Assembly: GCA_964016885.1 (NCBI GenBank)
Contig: OZ024742.1
Coordinates: forward strand, 239,754,001-239,818,000
Source of the DNA: Eledone cirrhosa
Lineage: Eukaryota
DNA length: 64,000 bases
Reading direction: 5' to 3'
The notes below the pieces were generated by a model. The model searched no databases and was not told the DNA's origin. It was given only the letters and a program-made list of their open reading frames with translations. The first letter of the stretch is position 1. Each line of letters opens with the position of its first letter. A program made the position numbers and the translations under genes. Positions 14,166 through 28,002 of this stretch are shown in pieces.

Positions 14166-14844
14166 CAGACATAAAATAATGATTATGAAGTAGATTATTG
14201 GACAGAGAAGAAAAAATAGTCTTGTGTTGATGAGTTAAGATACTGAAGAAGCCACTTATTATGTATTGAACTGATGCCAAACATCTGTCTTAAAATATAT
14301 CTTAAGAGAAATATCTAGTGGTGATGTTGATGTTGAGCTAAACTGTTAATCCCTTAACACAGGATCTATTTTCTTTTACTCTTTCCTTGTCTGAGATTTG
14401 CAATGATGAAAGTTTGTCAAAACAAAATACTTTTTCAATTACTTGAGAAAGCAAAAACAAACACAAAAAAGGACAATGAAATGAAGTCTGTCAAAGATTG
14501 AGATGGCTGTTGGCCAATATGTTTTATTGTATGGTCTAAAGTAGAAAGAAGGGAGACAAGGAAAATTGAACCATAACCTTTTCATTACCATATTACTAAT
14601 TGAAAAACACTGCCTATAATTTTCAAATAATTCTGAAAATTATTTTTTAAAAAATTAGAAGGATTTAATAATAGAACTAACTTCCACATTATCAAGCTGA
14701 TGTTTGAAACATAATAAAGGTTCTTATATTAAATTACAATGGAAAGATTTTTTTATCATAGCTGTCTTTGACAGCATTTAGCTGTTTTGATGGCTGTTCT
14801 AGCAATGAGTTTTCTCATTTGTAAATGTATTCAATAAATCTGTA

Positions 14845-15200
14845 GAGTGGTCATCTTAGTGACTCAACAAAAAGCATCCAATCCACACTGTAAGGTGGTC
14901 GCGTCAGTGACACAACAAAATGCATCCAGTCCACACTGTAAGGCAGTCGCGTCAGTGACACAACAAAAAGCACTCAGTCCACACTGTAAAGTGGTTGTTT
15001 TGGTGCCACAATAAAAAACACCCAGTCCACACTGTAAATGCGGTCAGTATTATAAAAGGTATCTAGCCGTAGAAACCAAGTCAGAAATAGTTCTATATGA
15101 GCAAGACGCAGTCATCTGATCTGACTTGTCTCACAATTGGAAAACTCGTCTAACCCATGCTAGTATGGAAAAATGAACATTAAATGATGATTATGATGAA
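14845..15200 (+). repeat. RTE 3'UTR-derived element with tandem 44-bp units; relatives near 10990-11280, 13730-13965, 33790-34075, 61240-61585
   Basis: Repeated gtgacacaacaaaaagcatccagtccacactgtaa(a/g)gtgg, followed by cccatgctagtatggaaaa...gatgat. Confidence 0.75.
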
Positions 15201-18200
15201 CATTTTAAAACAAACAGCTTTCTATCATAGAATTGTTTGGTATTAAAAGGGTTAACTGTTAGCCATCACTGACCTTATGGTCAGAAGAAATCTCTTCTCT
15301 AAGATATACCTATAACTATTCTCATTATTTCAGTTTTAAACCTTTTGATACCAAATTGCCTGAACCACCCTTAGTTCTACTATACAAAACTGCATACATT
15401 TATCTAAAAAGCTTACATCATAATTTTATGTGAGAACTTTTGTTAAGTTATGCATCAAACACCAGCTTAATAATGAGGAAGTTAGTTATATTTCTAAATT
15501 CCTTCAAACTCTTGATTATTTTTTAAATGATTTGACAACCACAGGCAGTATCTTTTGTAAGAAATATGGTAATGAAAGAATAATGTACTATCTATTCACA
15601 ATGTTCCTATTTCTATTTGATAGATTTTAAAAGCCATGTTCACTGTGTGTTTGTGTGTCTGCCTCTGTATTTGTAGCTGAAGGGAAAGCATGTATGAGGG
15701 AGGAGAAAGGCTCCACAGTGGAATTGCAGGACAAAAATAAGTTGATAATTAAGCTGATACATTTGAGGAGACAACGAAGAAAAAAAGAAGACGAAAAGGA
15801 AACAAAGCCAATAATAGCTTTTAATTATTTCTAAATTTGTCCAATTTCTTCATCTATTACTCCTCATTAGAGTTAAACTAATGAAGCTGTTACAAACTAC
15901 AATTCTTACACATATCTAGACATAAAGGAAAGCAAACATAAACTCAAGAAAATATATATCAATAATTATGGCCAGTGTTTAGTTATCTACCACATGTACA
16001 TATATAGTCATACTCTGCTTTAACCCTTTTGATACTAAACCACTGCTAGGTTTTATTATACAAAGCCGTGTATTTTAGAGTGATTATATTTACTTTAAAA
16101 AAAAAACCCTTTCATCATAATATTATGAAGGAACTTTTAAGTTATGTTCCAAACACCAACTAGATAATGTGTTCTAACATAGGCACAAAGCCAGAAATTT
16201 TGTTGATTAAATTGACCCCAGTACTTGACTGGTACTTGATTATATCGACCCCAGAAGGATGAAAGACGAAGTTGACCATGGCAGGATTTGAAACTATTTA
16301 ACCTGACACACGAATGATTCTTGCCATTTCACCATCCTAAACATGAACTTAACAATGAGAGCATTTGTTATATTAATAAATCTCTCCAAATTCTTGATAA
16401 TTTCCAAAATTATTTGAAAACAAGAGGCAATGTTTTTCATTAGAAACAGCAATGAAAGGGTGGTATTGTAAGCATAAAGTTATCACTGTTGATTATCTTT
16501 CTATGGAAGGTTATCTAATAAATGAATCCAAAGTAGATTCTTGACTACAAACAGGACATTAATTTTGTGAAAATGGAATAGAATTTTCAGATCAGGTCAG
16601 ACTTCTGCCTGCTATTGGTTATCATGTAACCCAGTACAACTTGCTTCATGGTTGAGTGGTCAGTGACTAAACCAGCTCCCCCACCAGAGCCTGGTATTGA
16701 GAGGAAGATAAGTGGAACCCCAGCAAAATAAAAAAACAAGAGCTGTTAAATGGGCGGATGAACTCCCCAGAGTCAACGACCATCCACCCCAACTATGAGT
16801 TAAATAGCCTCACTAACCAGCAATTGGCTACACCCCTGACATGACCAAAACCAAACAGAAAGTGGTGGAGGTCAACCATGGAGGAGTTTCTCCAACAGAA
16901 GTGAGAAGGTTCTGGATTGATTGGAATAGAATTTGGAGTTCAAAAATGTTGAATATTGAGATTGATATATTACTGAGTTCATCTAAATTCTTGATTATAT
17001 TCAAAATAATTTGAAATTCATAGACAGCATCTTTCATCAGAAATATAATAAAATGGTTAACTCTGTTGATACCAAACTGCCTGAAATTGCCCTAGTTCTA
17101 TGTTACAGTATTGTGCAGTGTCTTTTATTAGAAATAGGGTAAAGAAAGAGTTAAAGACAGCTGATGAACCAACAGGATTAACCTAGCTCATGCTCAATAT
17201 CCAACAAACCAATAAAAGAATCTATACTTAGTTGCTCAATCTGCTAGAAATGAATATTTAATTAGAAGTATAGTAACAAAATAGTTAATAATGAGAAAGT
17301 TAATTACTAAATCCCTCCAAATACTTGATTAATTTCAAAATAATCTGAAAATTATCAGCAGTGTTTTTACAAGTAACAAAAGGGCTAATAATATAAAGTG
17401 GTACTACAACTACAATCACCTACACTCTACTCCATCCCACCCCAAAACCATATAAGAAATAAAAAATTTGGTTTATTTCTGTCAGACAATAACTAGAGTA
17501 ATAATCACAATCTAAGATTCAACCATATTTTATTTCTATGTCCACACTTAGTCTTTGAATCAAAAATAAACAAAAAAATCTGTCAAAGTGTAGAAAGACA
17601 TAATTTAAAAAAAGTATATTAAAGGGAAAAAAAAACAAAATATTAATAAAACCTGTAAATTGAGTTAATTAAAGAAATTAGAGAAGAAACAAAAACAAAA
17701 AACAAACAATAGAAATTTTTTTATGTAAAATGATAACTGTTATATACTCATGTAAAAGCTGACCCTATATTTTTTACCCCCAAAATTTGTGGGTTTTTTC
17801 CATGTATCTAATGTAAAGGTCAACCTAGTTCAACAGACCAACATTTGTAAATCAAATTATTATTACTAGGAGGATGAGAAGGGAAGAAGAGAAAAAAAGA
17901 AAGGACCTCAAAAAGATGAACGGCAAAGTGGACCATGGCAGGATTTGAACTTAGAATGCTAATACCCAGAACAAATATCCAACACTTTTATAAGTCTGCC
18001 AAATTGATGGATTTAATATACATGAACATGCATGTATGGTCCCATAACTCCTGATGGAGTTGTAGGGGTGCTGTAGTGGCATACAGCGTTTCTTGGGCAT
18101 ATTAAGCCTGTTGAAGTCCATCTCTTCTCCAGGTATGAACACAGCAGATTTCTTCCAGAGAAAAGAGATATAGAGGAAAAAGAATCAACCCCAGTACTTG

Positions 18201-18977
18201 ACTTGTGCTTTTTTTTTTATTGACCTAGAAAGGATGAAAGGCAAATTTAATCTTGGTGAGATTTGAACTCAGAGAGTAGCGAGCCAAAACGAATACTGCA
18301 AAGCATTCTATCCAATTCGTTGCCTACAAAATAAAGGTTTTACTCTATAAAACAAACAAAAAATCGACTTTTACATGAGTATATATGATAATTGGCTAGA
18401 AAAAAAAAAAAAAAAGAATTTATAAACATATTTTGTTTTTTTCGAATGAATATATATTGTTCGAAGGTTGCATGCACTAAGTTTGTTTTAAACTTTAGAA
18501 AATAAGGATTTTTAAAAAAAACAAAGAAGATAAATATTAGTGTTTACTATAGATGTATAGAAAGAAGTTGAGTGAGATAGAGTTGGTTCTTTAAGAGATC
18601 AAATACTGGAATAAACGGTGACTGAAACACAAGTTAGTGAACCAGCAGATAACTAGAGGCAGAGAAATAAAAATCAATAAAAAATATATTCAAAAATAAA
18701 ACAAAAATGTGAATTAATAATTTTTTAAAAATCCAATAAAGGAAACAAAATATGAACACGGGGGGGGGGGGGGGGGGAATATAAAGATATGGCTGGCATA
18801 TGTATGACATGTTGGCAAATTCAAGTAGATGTATTTTCATATATTACTGCATCATGGTAAAAATCAAAAGGATATTAATTATTATTTATACAAGCCAAAA
18901 TGCAAGGTAAAAAGTGAGTGGAGAATGAGAGATGAGAGGGAAATAGAGAAGTTTCTAGTGATGTGGACAGTAATTAC

Positions 18978-19067
18978 CTGCGATGCAGAGGAGTCGGTCC
19001 CAGTAGCTAGCTGTGGACTAGAGGACGAGTAGGTGTGCATATGTGCTGCAGACATACCTGCAGGTGC
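18978..19067 (-). CDS. PPFIA: Probable liprin-alpha linker exon (90 nt, symmetric phase 0-0): APAGMSAAHMHTYSSSSPQLATGTDSSASQ
   Basis: ttctttcatttcag|GCA...CAG|gtaatt; GC-richer island in AT-rich intron, open and in phase with the upstream exon. Confidence 0.72.
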
Positions 19068-20439
19068 CTGAAATGAAAGAACAGATATGCAAATTTGTAT
19101 GACATTCTGGCCGGCATGCTGACTTTGGAAGACAGAAAATAAGTGGTGAGCAAAGCAGTGAAGGGAGAGAGAAAGTATATGCATTATTCTATTCTTTAAT
19201 CCTTTAATACCAATCCGTCCAAAACCAGCTCTGGTTCTATGAAAAAAAAAACACACCCAATTTAAAGGGTTCCTATTTAGAACATAATTTTATATAAAAA
19301 AAAACTTTCATTACACCTATTATCTGAATAATGAAATAAGTTTATAATTTTAATAAATCCTTCCAAATTCTATGTTAATTAATCAAAATATAGTGTATTT
19401 CATTAGAGATCATCATCATCATCATCATCATCGTTTAACGTCTATCTTCCATGCTAGCATGGGTTTAGATATAGTAACAAAAAGGTTGAAGACTTGCAAA
19501 ATTAGCAAGCAAGCATAACATGTGTGCTGAATTAATCATGACACTGGGCATGTGTTTGTGGTTGCTGCATAGCTAACTGGTTAAGAAGTTTGCATCACAA
19601 CCATAAGGTTCCAGTTTCAATCTTACTGTGTAGCATCTTGGGCAAGTCATTTCACATAGCCTTAAGTTGACTCAAAGCCTTGTGAGAGAAATTGTTTGGA
19701 AGCCTATAGGATAGTCTGTACCTGTAATTCAAAAGGCCAGCCTTGTCACTCACTACTAAGAATTATGTTCATACATCTTTGGAATGTTCAGCGACTTACA
19801 CCACAATATAAAATGGCTTGCACCTATAATTCAAAAGACCAGCCTTGTCACTCACTATCACATGTTGAATCTAACTAAAAATTATGTTATGGGTTCATGT
19901 ATGCTCAGCTATTTACACTATACTTTAATTCAAAAGGTCAGCCTTGTAACTTATTGTGTCATGCTGAATCTCCCTGGGAATTAAGTTATGGTTTCACATG
20001 TCTGTGGAACACTCAACCACTTATACATTAATTTCATGAGCAAGTTGATTAAACAACTGGAACACTCATCGTTGAAACCAATGAAGATCTATTCCATTCC
20101 ATGTATAGAATGCTCAGTCACTTACAATTTCTCAAACAGGCTGTTCCGTTGATTGAACAATTGGAACACTCATCATTAAAACCAACATATTTAATCCTTA
20201 ATGGCCTGTATCACATGAAACTGCATCAGTGAGACATTATTGAAAATCTGACTGCATTACATTAAGAATTAATGAATTAAAGAATATCTCAAATGTTCAT
20301 AATAATCTGTCCACTAATAAAGACACTAAACATTTGAATTAACAAGTACATTGAGATATTTTCAGCTAAATCCGAAAGGCCCTTAGAATAATGTTACTTG
20401 ACAGAGTGTGTAGCTAGATCAGGAAGTTGCTCCAGGTAG

Positions 20440-20700
20440 AGCTGCTACTTCTCTGAATTAGGAGATCACAGCTCCAATATTATGGGCAAAACCAACTGGC
20501 AGGAGACCAGGGGATAGACACTGAGCAATGCTAGGATAACATCCAAGAGCTCAGCTGGTCTCGTTTGGGCATCCAACTGGATTAATTGGAGATGGTTGCT
20601 TCTTACAAGACCAACTGGAAAGAATGTTTCAGGACTCTTTCCCCATGACCCTCTCACAATAAGTGGGGAAATAAGTGGGAAAAGAAGAATCATTTCAGGA
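20440..20700 (+). mobile_element. Highly degenerate LINE 3' fragment
   Basis: GRRPGD...DNIQELSWSRLGI-like remnant of an RTE C-terminus. Confidence 0.5.
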
Positions 20701-21789
20701 TGCTAAGAGCTAATTAATGCATTTCAAGTGAACATGACAGATTGTAATCTCCACACATTGTTTTATGAGGCAGTGACAGGAAAGGCCACTAAACATGGAT
20801 ATTAACATCAAAGTCTGCTTGAATCAGCATTAAACTGTCTCTTTAAAAAATCCCAGCAAACAGCATCATTAAGAAGTCTTAAGTACTTCAAACACCCTCC
20901 TCCTTCGGGAGAAGAGCAGCATTGTATATGCTGATTAAGAGAATGTGGTGGCAGGTTAATTTATGCTTCACATACATTATGTATTCTCTTTCACAACAAT
21001 AAAATTATCTAAACACACACTGTCTCTCTTTTCTTTTATGCATATATGTATACATAAAATGCATGTGTATGTATGTGTGTGTGTATAGAGAGGGTGTCCA
21101 TATAAATACACACACACACAGATATATAATTGTGGGTGTGTGTGCACGCTTGCTTATTCTGTTAGGGTGTCAGGCTTAGTGGTTAAAGTGTTCAGCTTAC
21201 AATTGTGATGTGGCATGTGTCCTTGAGTATGACACTTTATTTCACGTTGCTCCAGTCTACACAGCTGGCAAAAGATGAGTTATATTTGTATTTCAAAAGG
21301 CCAACCTTGTCCCAAGGTAGCCATGCTCAAAGAGTGAGAATGGATGTAAGGAAGGTGGCAAGTCATACACACAACTGTTTTTTCCTGAGTCCAGTTAGAA
21401 GGGCCTGTGGCCAAGCAGGAAGAGAGGAAGGTGAGCAGATATTGACATGAAAACATATTTTTATTTATAGCTTTAAAGAATATGTTCAGTGAGAGATTTC
21501 ATTTGAAAAAAGTTGAAACACTATATATTTTAGTGAAATCTCATCTAGCATTTATCAAACCCACACACACACCATTTCTATCTATTTGATTCATTCTTTC
21601 TCACAGTATTTCTCCAAGATGTTCTTATTTTGTGTGTCTGTGCATATGCACACACATGCAAGACAGGTCATTTCTCTCTTAAATTATTATATACATCTTA
21701 GTGCCATAATGTTATATACACAGATACAACATTTATATATATATATATATAACCAACTTTTCACTATCTTATTAATTTATTGATTTAGA

Positions 21790-22260
21790 CATGTTGGCTG
21801 ACAGCTTATGATGGGAGCAGAACTATTTGATTTCTAATCTCCTGCCATCACCTAAATTTATAAACCGGTGGCTGGTCAGGGGACAGCATTGTATCAGATC
21901 CCAGTTGCTAATCACTTTACTGTGTCAGCCGTCACAAGTAGTCTTAGCCGGCATGGACTGGAGTCGAATTCTGTCAATCGATTGGTTATTGATTAGGCGA
22001 TACCCGCTGATGAAGCCACATGCGCCGATTATGCACTGTTGCATAATATATGCAGACAGAGGGTGTGGTGCACCCTACTGCTGAATTAAGTGTGGCCGAA
22101 ACTCGAGTTCGGGAACTACTATAGGTACCCGTTTACGTGTGTTGTATTGAAGTGAATAACTATGTGTATACTTTGAGAGTGTACTTTACATTACTTATTG
22201 AGTACGCTGAGATGCAACCAGTCCTAGCATTGATACATATGCTGGGTCCGTCAACTTCTT
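21790..22260 (+). mobile_element. CpG-rich, about 470-bp non-coding element carrying the hammerhead (putative Penelope-like pLTR or retrozyme)
   Basis: GC/CpG-richer island between TA microsatellites, containing the hammerhead; no recognisable coding motif; boundaries approximate. Confidence 0.5.
22003..22113 (+). ncRNA. Type I hammerhead ribozyme motif (Penelope-like/retrozyme style)
   Basis: Stem I CCCG(22003)/CGGG(22110); core CTGATGA 22007-22013; stem II GCCACA/TGTGGC; GAAA 22098-22101; palindromic stem III ACTCGAGT; triplet GUU. Confidence 0.72.
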
Positions 22261-23878
22261 ATATATATATATATATTTAGAGAGATAGGCAGAGAGGAGT
22301 ATATGGAAGTATTTATATTTTTATATAGGATAAACATACATAATTCTTCTCACTGTGTGAATTTTATGTAAGCTGTGATAATCTCACAGATACCTCAGTA
22401 ACCGTGTAAGGATGCTAAAAACTAGTATTTCGGGACCTTTGTCCATCATCAATACTGAGATAGATAAGCTGATAGATTATATGTAGAATTTTGTACACAT
22501 GAGCGTGTGCATCCCATGTTCAATCAAGGATAGTTACAGTTAGTAAGGTACTCAATTTCCTGTAGAAGCCATTTCTATATTAAATATATATATAGATATA
22601 CACACACATACAAGTAAATTAATTTTCCAATTTACCTCTGAATCAACTAAGAAAATAGCAGTTAGTGAAGTTAGCTGAAGATTGAAGCAGTTACTTAATG
22701 CTTCCAAGAGTTTTTAATGTTAAATATAGTTAAGGTAGTGCTCAAATAGCTGGTGATATATAAGATGCAGAAGTGCAATATCTATAGACATTAGAAATTG
22801 GAGTTGATCTTATTGAAAGCAGTATTGCTTTGACATATTGACAATAAATTAGTCATAAGCTATGCCATTCTCACATTGTTTAATTGGAATATTATCTTTT
22901 TAAGACAGTTAAGCTATTTGGATAAATGGTTAGGTGTTTAGAACAGTATCATAAGCGTGTGAGTTTGATTCCTGGTTACATGTTGTGTCCTTCAGCAAGA
23001 CATTTTATTTCATATCGCTGGCAAAAATTAGTTGTACCTGTAATTCAAAAGGCTAGCTTTGTCACAATCCCTCTGAGAATTACGTTAAGGGTACACATGT
23101 CTATAAAATGCTCAACCACTTTTATGTTAATTTCATGAGCTGCTCAAATGTTTGGTGCACAACCGTAAGGTTGTGAGTTTGATTCCTGGCAATGTACTGT
23201 GTGTGTCCTTGAGGCTGCTCCAGAATACTCAGCTGGCAAAAAATAAGCTATACCTTTATTTCCAAAAGCCAGCCATGTTTCACATACTGTGTCACACTGG
23301 AATCTTCCTGAGAATTATGTTAAGCATGCACATGTTAATTCAATGAGCAATGTGTTCTATAGATTAAATAGCTAGAAAACTGATCATCGGAAGCAATGAA
23401 GATCCGACAGTCTCAAAGACAAACTTTGATTTATAGTAAACTATTGTCTGTGTTTGTGCCAGTGCATGCACAAGTGTGAATATGTACACATGCATCTATG
23501 TGTATGTCTGTGTACCTAAATAAATGTAAGAACCAAATGATGATAGATGAGAATGTGACAGAATACATTTAAGAATATTAATAATAGAATGTTGTTCAAA
23601 CATATAAAAAGTATTTCATTAAAAAGAAAATTGTATTTACTGAAAACTGAAGTTTTTCTGATTCCATCCAGTATTAAATAGTTAGAGAAGAAAATATAGA
23701 TAGGAGTTATTCCTGAAAGACTAGCAATAATGTGTGTGTGGGCCTTTCTCATTCAATATATATATATATAAAACATCATCATCGTTTAATGTCTATCTTC
23801 CATGCTAGTATGGGTTAGACGGGTTTGTCCCATTAGAGGCAAGTTGGGTTGGGTAACCATGCCTTGCTCATATAGGAC

Positions 23879-23914
<36 letters not shown>

Positions 23915-25159
23915 TATATATATTGAATTGGATTACTAACTTTTGCCAAATTTTTTAACAGAGCATATAAGCCAAATAAATGGGCATCAGCATGCATGGG
24001 AATCAACCCGCACCTCTTATTTTCGATTCCCACTGAAACTGATGCATACTTTTTCCATTCTGGGCTCTTATACACCTTATTTTCTGTAGTAAAAAAAATA
24101 ATGCCAAAGTTACTAATCCAATCACCATCTTCTAAACATGTGAATTATACATACACACATATTGAATTATTTCATTCTATATTAAATAAAATTGTTATAG
24201 AAGGTATTTTACACCATTATATCTTCATTGTGCTGCTATTGGTCTTCTCATGTTTCACTAGCCAGCCAACACTAAATGTGTATGTATTATTAGAAGATAT
24301 GGCAAGCCCGGACAGGCATTTCCAGTCAAGTGGTGTGCATGGCTCATGAAGTATATTGTTAGCTTAGCATCCAGGCATTGTCAAAATATGTTAACCTTTA
24401 GATATCAAATTGCCCGAAACCACATCTGTTTCTCTAACACAAGACCATTTATTTTAAAGAATTTATATTTATCATCATTATTTTATCCCGCCGGGGTTAA
24501 TTTTGCCTTTCATCCTTACGGGTCGATAAAATAAAGTACCAGTAATACACTGGAATAATTGCTGGCCTTGTGCCAAAAGTAGAAACAGTTATTTTATGTA
24601 AGGAAGTTTTGTTAAGCTATGTTCTAAACCCCTAGTTTAATAATGAGAAAATTAGTTATTTGAAAATCACAGGCAGTGTCTTTCATGAAAAATATGGCAT
24701 GGAAAGTGTTAAGTTCTTATCATTCTATCAGGGTAACTAAAAGGGTTGCTATCAGAAAGGGAATCTGGGTTTAATGCATTGCTTCAAAAACACCCCAACT
24801 GTCTTGTTTTAAAGACAGTAAGCTGGTCTGTGTACTGCAATTTACATCCATCCTACACCAAAACAGAAATGCTAGTTTTAACCCTTTTAATACTAACCTG
24901 CCCCAAATCATTTCTATTTCTACGAAACAAAACCATCCATTTCAAAATTTCCAATATAATTTTATATAAGAATATTATGTTATGTCACCAATGCCATCTT
25001 AATAAAACTTACCATTAGGATATTGCTTTAGTTTTTTTTATCAGATAACACTTATCATTTAATTCTCTCTAACTATATAAAGTGGATATGAATGGAAAGT
25101 GCAGACAGTTTGTTAAAGAATGGCAGAAGATAAATATAGACAAGAATTATATATATATA

Positions 25160-26044
25160 CCGGGTGCGGACGATATTTGTTCGCAATTTTCAACTGCTAA
25201 TTTTATGCAATTTTTTTTTCCTTCCGTTGTCACTCTTGTCTTCATAAAAAGAGTGACTATATTTCCATTATTTATTTTCAAAATAATTGATTATGAATAA
25301 TTTTGAACCTCCAAATTTGTGGAAGAGACAAGGAGTCCTTCTTGGAATCCGCGCCGGGAGGACAAATAAGGAAATTTCAGACTTTCCCAGAACAACAGGT
25401 GGCTCGCTGTCTCATCCAAAGACATGCCCAGAGTCATGCAGACAAAGTTTCCAGCGACAACATTGGTCTTAGGTGTCGTCAGCAGTCAAGGTGACGTCAC
25501 GCCACCTCACTTCTTCCCTGAGGGCCTCAAGCTGAACACCGATGGCTACATCCGCGTTCTGAGCGAGATAGTAAAGCCCTGGATCGACCAGGTAGCTGCA
25601 GGTAGGCCGTACGTGTGGCAGCAAGACTCAGCGCCCTGCCATACCAGCCGAAAGACCCAAGCCTGGCTGTCAGAGAACTTCGTCGACCACACTTCACCTG
25701 ACATCTGGCCTCCCAGCTTGCTTGACTGCAACCCCCTCGACTTCTTTATGTGGGGCGCAGTGGAACGAGACACCAACAGATCTAGCTGCAATACGAAAGA
25801 CGATCTGAAGGCCAGGATCACAAGTGCCTTTAGGGCCCTAAGACAGTGACGCAGGCCTGTAGCCGGTTCCGAGGCCGCCTTGGGGCCGTCATCAAAGCCA
25901 ATGATGGGTTTATCGAGTGAGATCGAAAGAATAAGTCATGAAGACAAACTGACCCAAGTTTGATAAATAAATCTTAAAAAATAAAACTACTGTGTTATTT
26001 TTTCCTAGACAGTAATCTTGCGAACAAATATCGTCCGCACCCTG
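25160..26044 (+). mobile_element. Internally deleted Tc1/mariner DD37D (maT) transposon, copy 1
   Basis: TIRs c(c/a)gggtgcggacgatatttgttcgcaa and ttgcgaacaaatatcgtccgcaccctg, TA flanks; WQQDSAPCH...WPPS..DCNPLD with 37 residues between the last two Asp. Confidence 0.93.
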
Positions 26045-26156
<112 letters not shown>

Positions 26157-27964
26157 CACCAAAAGAGAAAAAAAAATAGAATATATAAAAAATATTAAGA
26201 TAAAATTAAGTACCAAGTAACACAGAAAAAAAAATTCAAAGGAAAAATAAAAAAAAATAGGAAATGGACAAAGGATAAATCCATTAAAGTTGGCATGCTG
26301 CTTTACTGAAATAAAGGATTCCATGAAAAAAAAAAGGAAACATTTGGAAGAACAATGCATATACAGACAGGTCTTGGAACACAGCAGGTGTTACAAAATA
26401 ATAATAATAATAAATATATACACTGTTGGGAATCTTTAACGATGGGAGCAAATATTAAACAAGGAAGGAATACAAAAGTAAGGAAAGGAAAGCAGACGAC
26501 TGTCAGATCGAACCAAGGAAACTTTGTCTTGTTTTCATTGGTTGTTCACAACTCCTGGCAGAAGGAGCAATGTGAAATAAAATATTTTGATCAAGAACAC
26601 ATGTGGGCCTGGTGCAGGAATTGAACCCACAAGTTTATAACTGTTGGTTCAACATCCTTACCACAAGGCCACATGCTTTCACAAAAAAATAAAAAAATAA
26701 AAATAAAAATAAATGAATAAATAAATAAACATCTAGATTTTTGGGAACCTTTAAAGACAGAAGGAAATAATAAACAAGACAGGATTATAAAGCTTCTAAA
26801 ATATATCCATTCCAAACCAATTCAAATTATTAAAACATAAATAGAGGGGAGGAAATAGGCAATTATAAAATAAAATAAAAATTAAAATAGGAAAGAAATC
26901 TATATTAATTAACTAAAAAATAAAAAAGGATAAAAAACTAAAAAAAAATTAAATTAAAATAAAATAAAATAAAAAAAAGGATAAAATAAGATAGGATAAA
27001 ATCAAACAAAATGCAATTTGCAATAATGAAAATATATACACATGCTTCATTAGGGTTTACAATCTATATAAATTAAAAAGGTAATTAATGGTGAAACAAA
27101 AAAAAGAAAAAGAAAACCTCAGATAAAAAGCCAGAGGATGTGAAAATCTGATGTAACAAGTACAAATGAAGAATTTAAATTATTAAATAATGAGTAAGTA
27201 GAATGATCATTGAGAGAAGGAGGGGTATCAGAAAAAAAAAAATCAATGAAAATGCTAGCTGTCAAGGACATCCATTATATATAGGAAACTCAGGGTAGAG
27301 GATCTACATGAGTTGCCATTGATATTTGTAATCAAGGTAGTTTTTTCCTAAAGTCAACCCTTCTGATACCAACTCACTTTCAGAACCGCTTAACCCTATA
27401 GTTTCCAATCTGCCTGAAACTGTTACTGGTTCTATGATATGACGCTATTTATTTTAAAAACCTTCCATCATAATTTCATGTAAGAACTTTCGCTAAAGCA
27501 TGTTCCAAACACCAGCTTCATAATAAGAAAGATATTTATACGACTAAATCTCTTCAAATTCTTGTTTATTTTCAAAATTATTTGAAAATTATAGGCAGTG
27601 CTGTTCATTAGAAGTATAGTGGGTTAACAAGGGTTTTGTCCAAAGGGACCAACATTTTCTTTCTCATAATGAAATTCTGTAGATGTTTAAAAGCTACAGT
27701 AAATTCTAATTTATTCATATTTGAGATATAGTAATAATGAACACATGTATACAGAGACATGTGTGTATAATACATATATATTTATCCTAGCTTTGTTGTT
27801 GACCATAAATACTATTTACATAAATGAGGTTGAAGGCATATTTATCAAACATATATTCAAATTTTATCCACACACACATACATACAAACATACTCTTTCT
27901 CTGCTAATGAGAAAACTTGGTGCTGTATCTAGAGACATTCTAATACACATACATACATACATAC

Positions 27965-28002
<38 letters not shown>

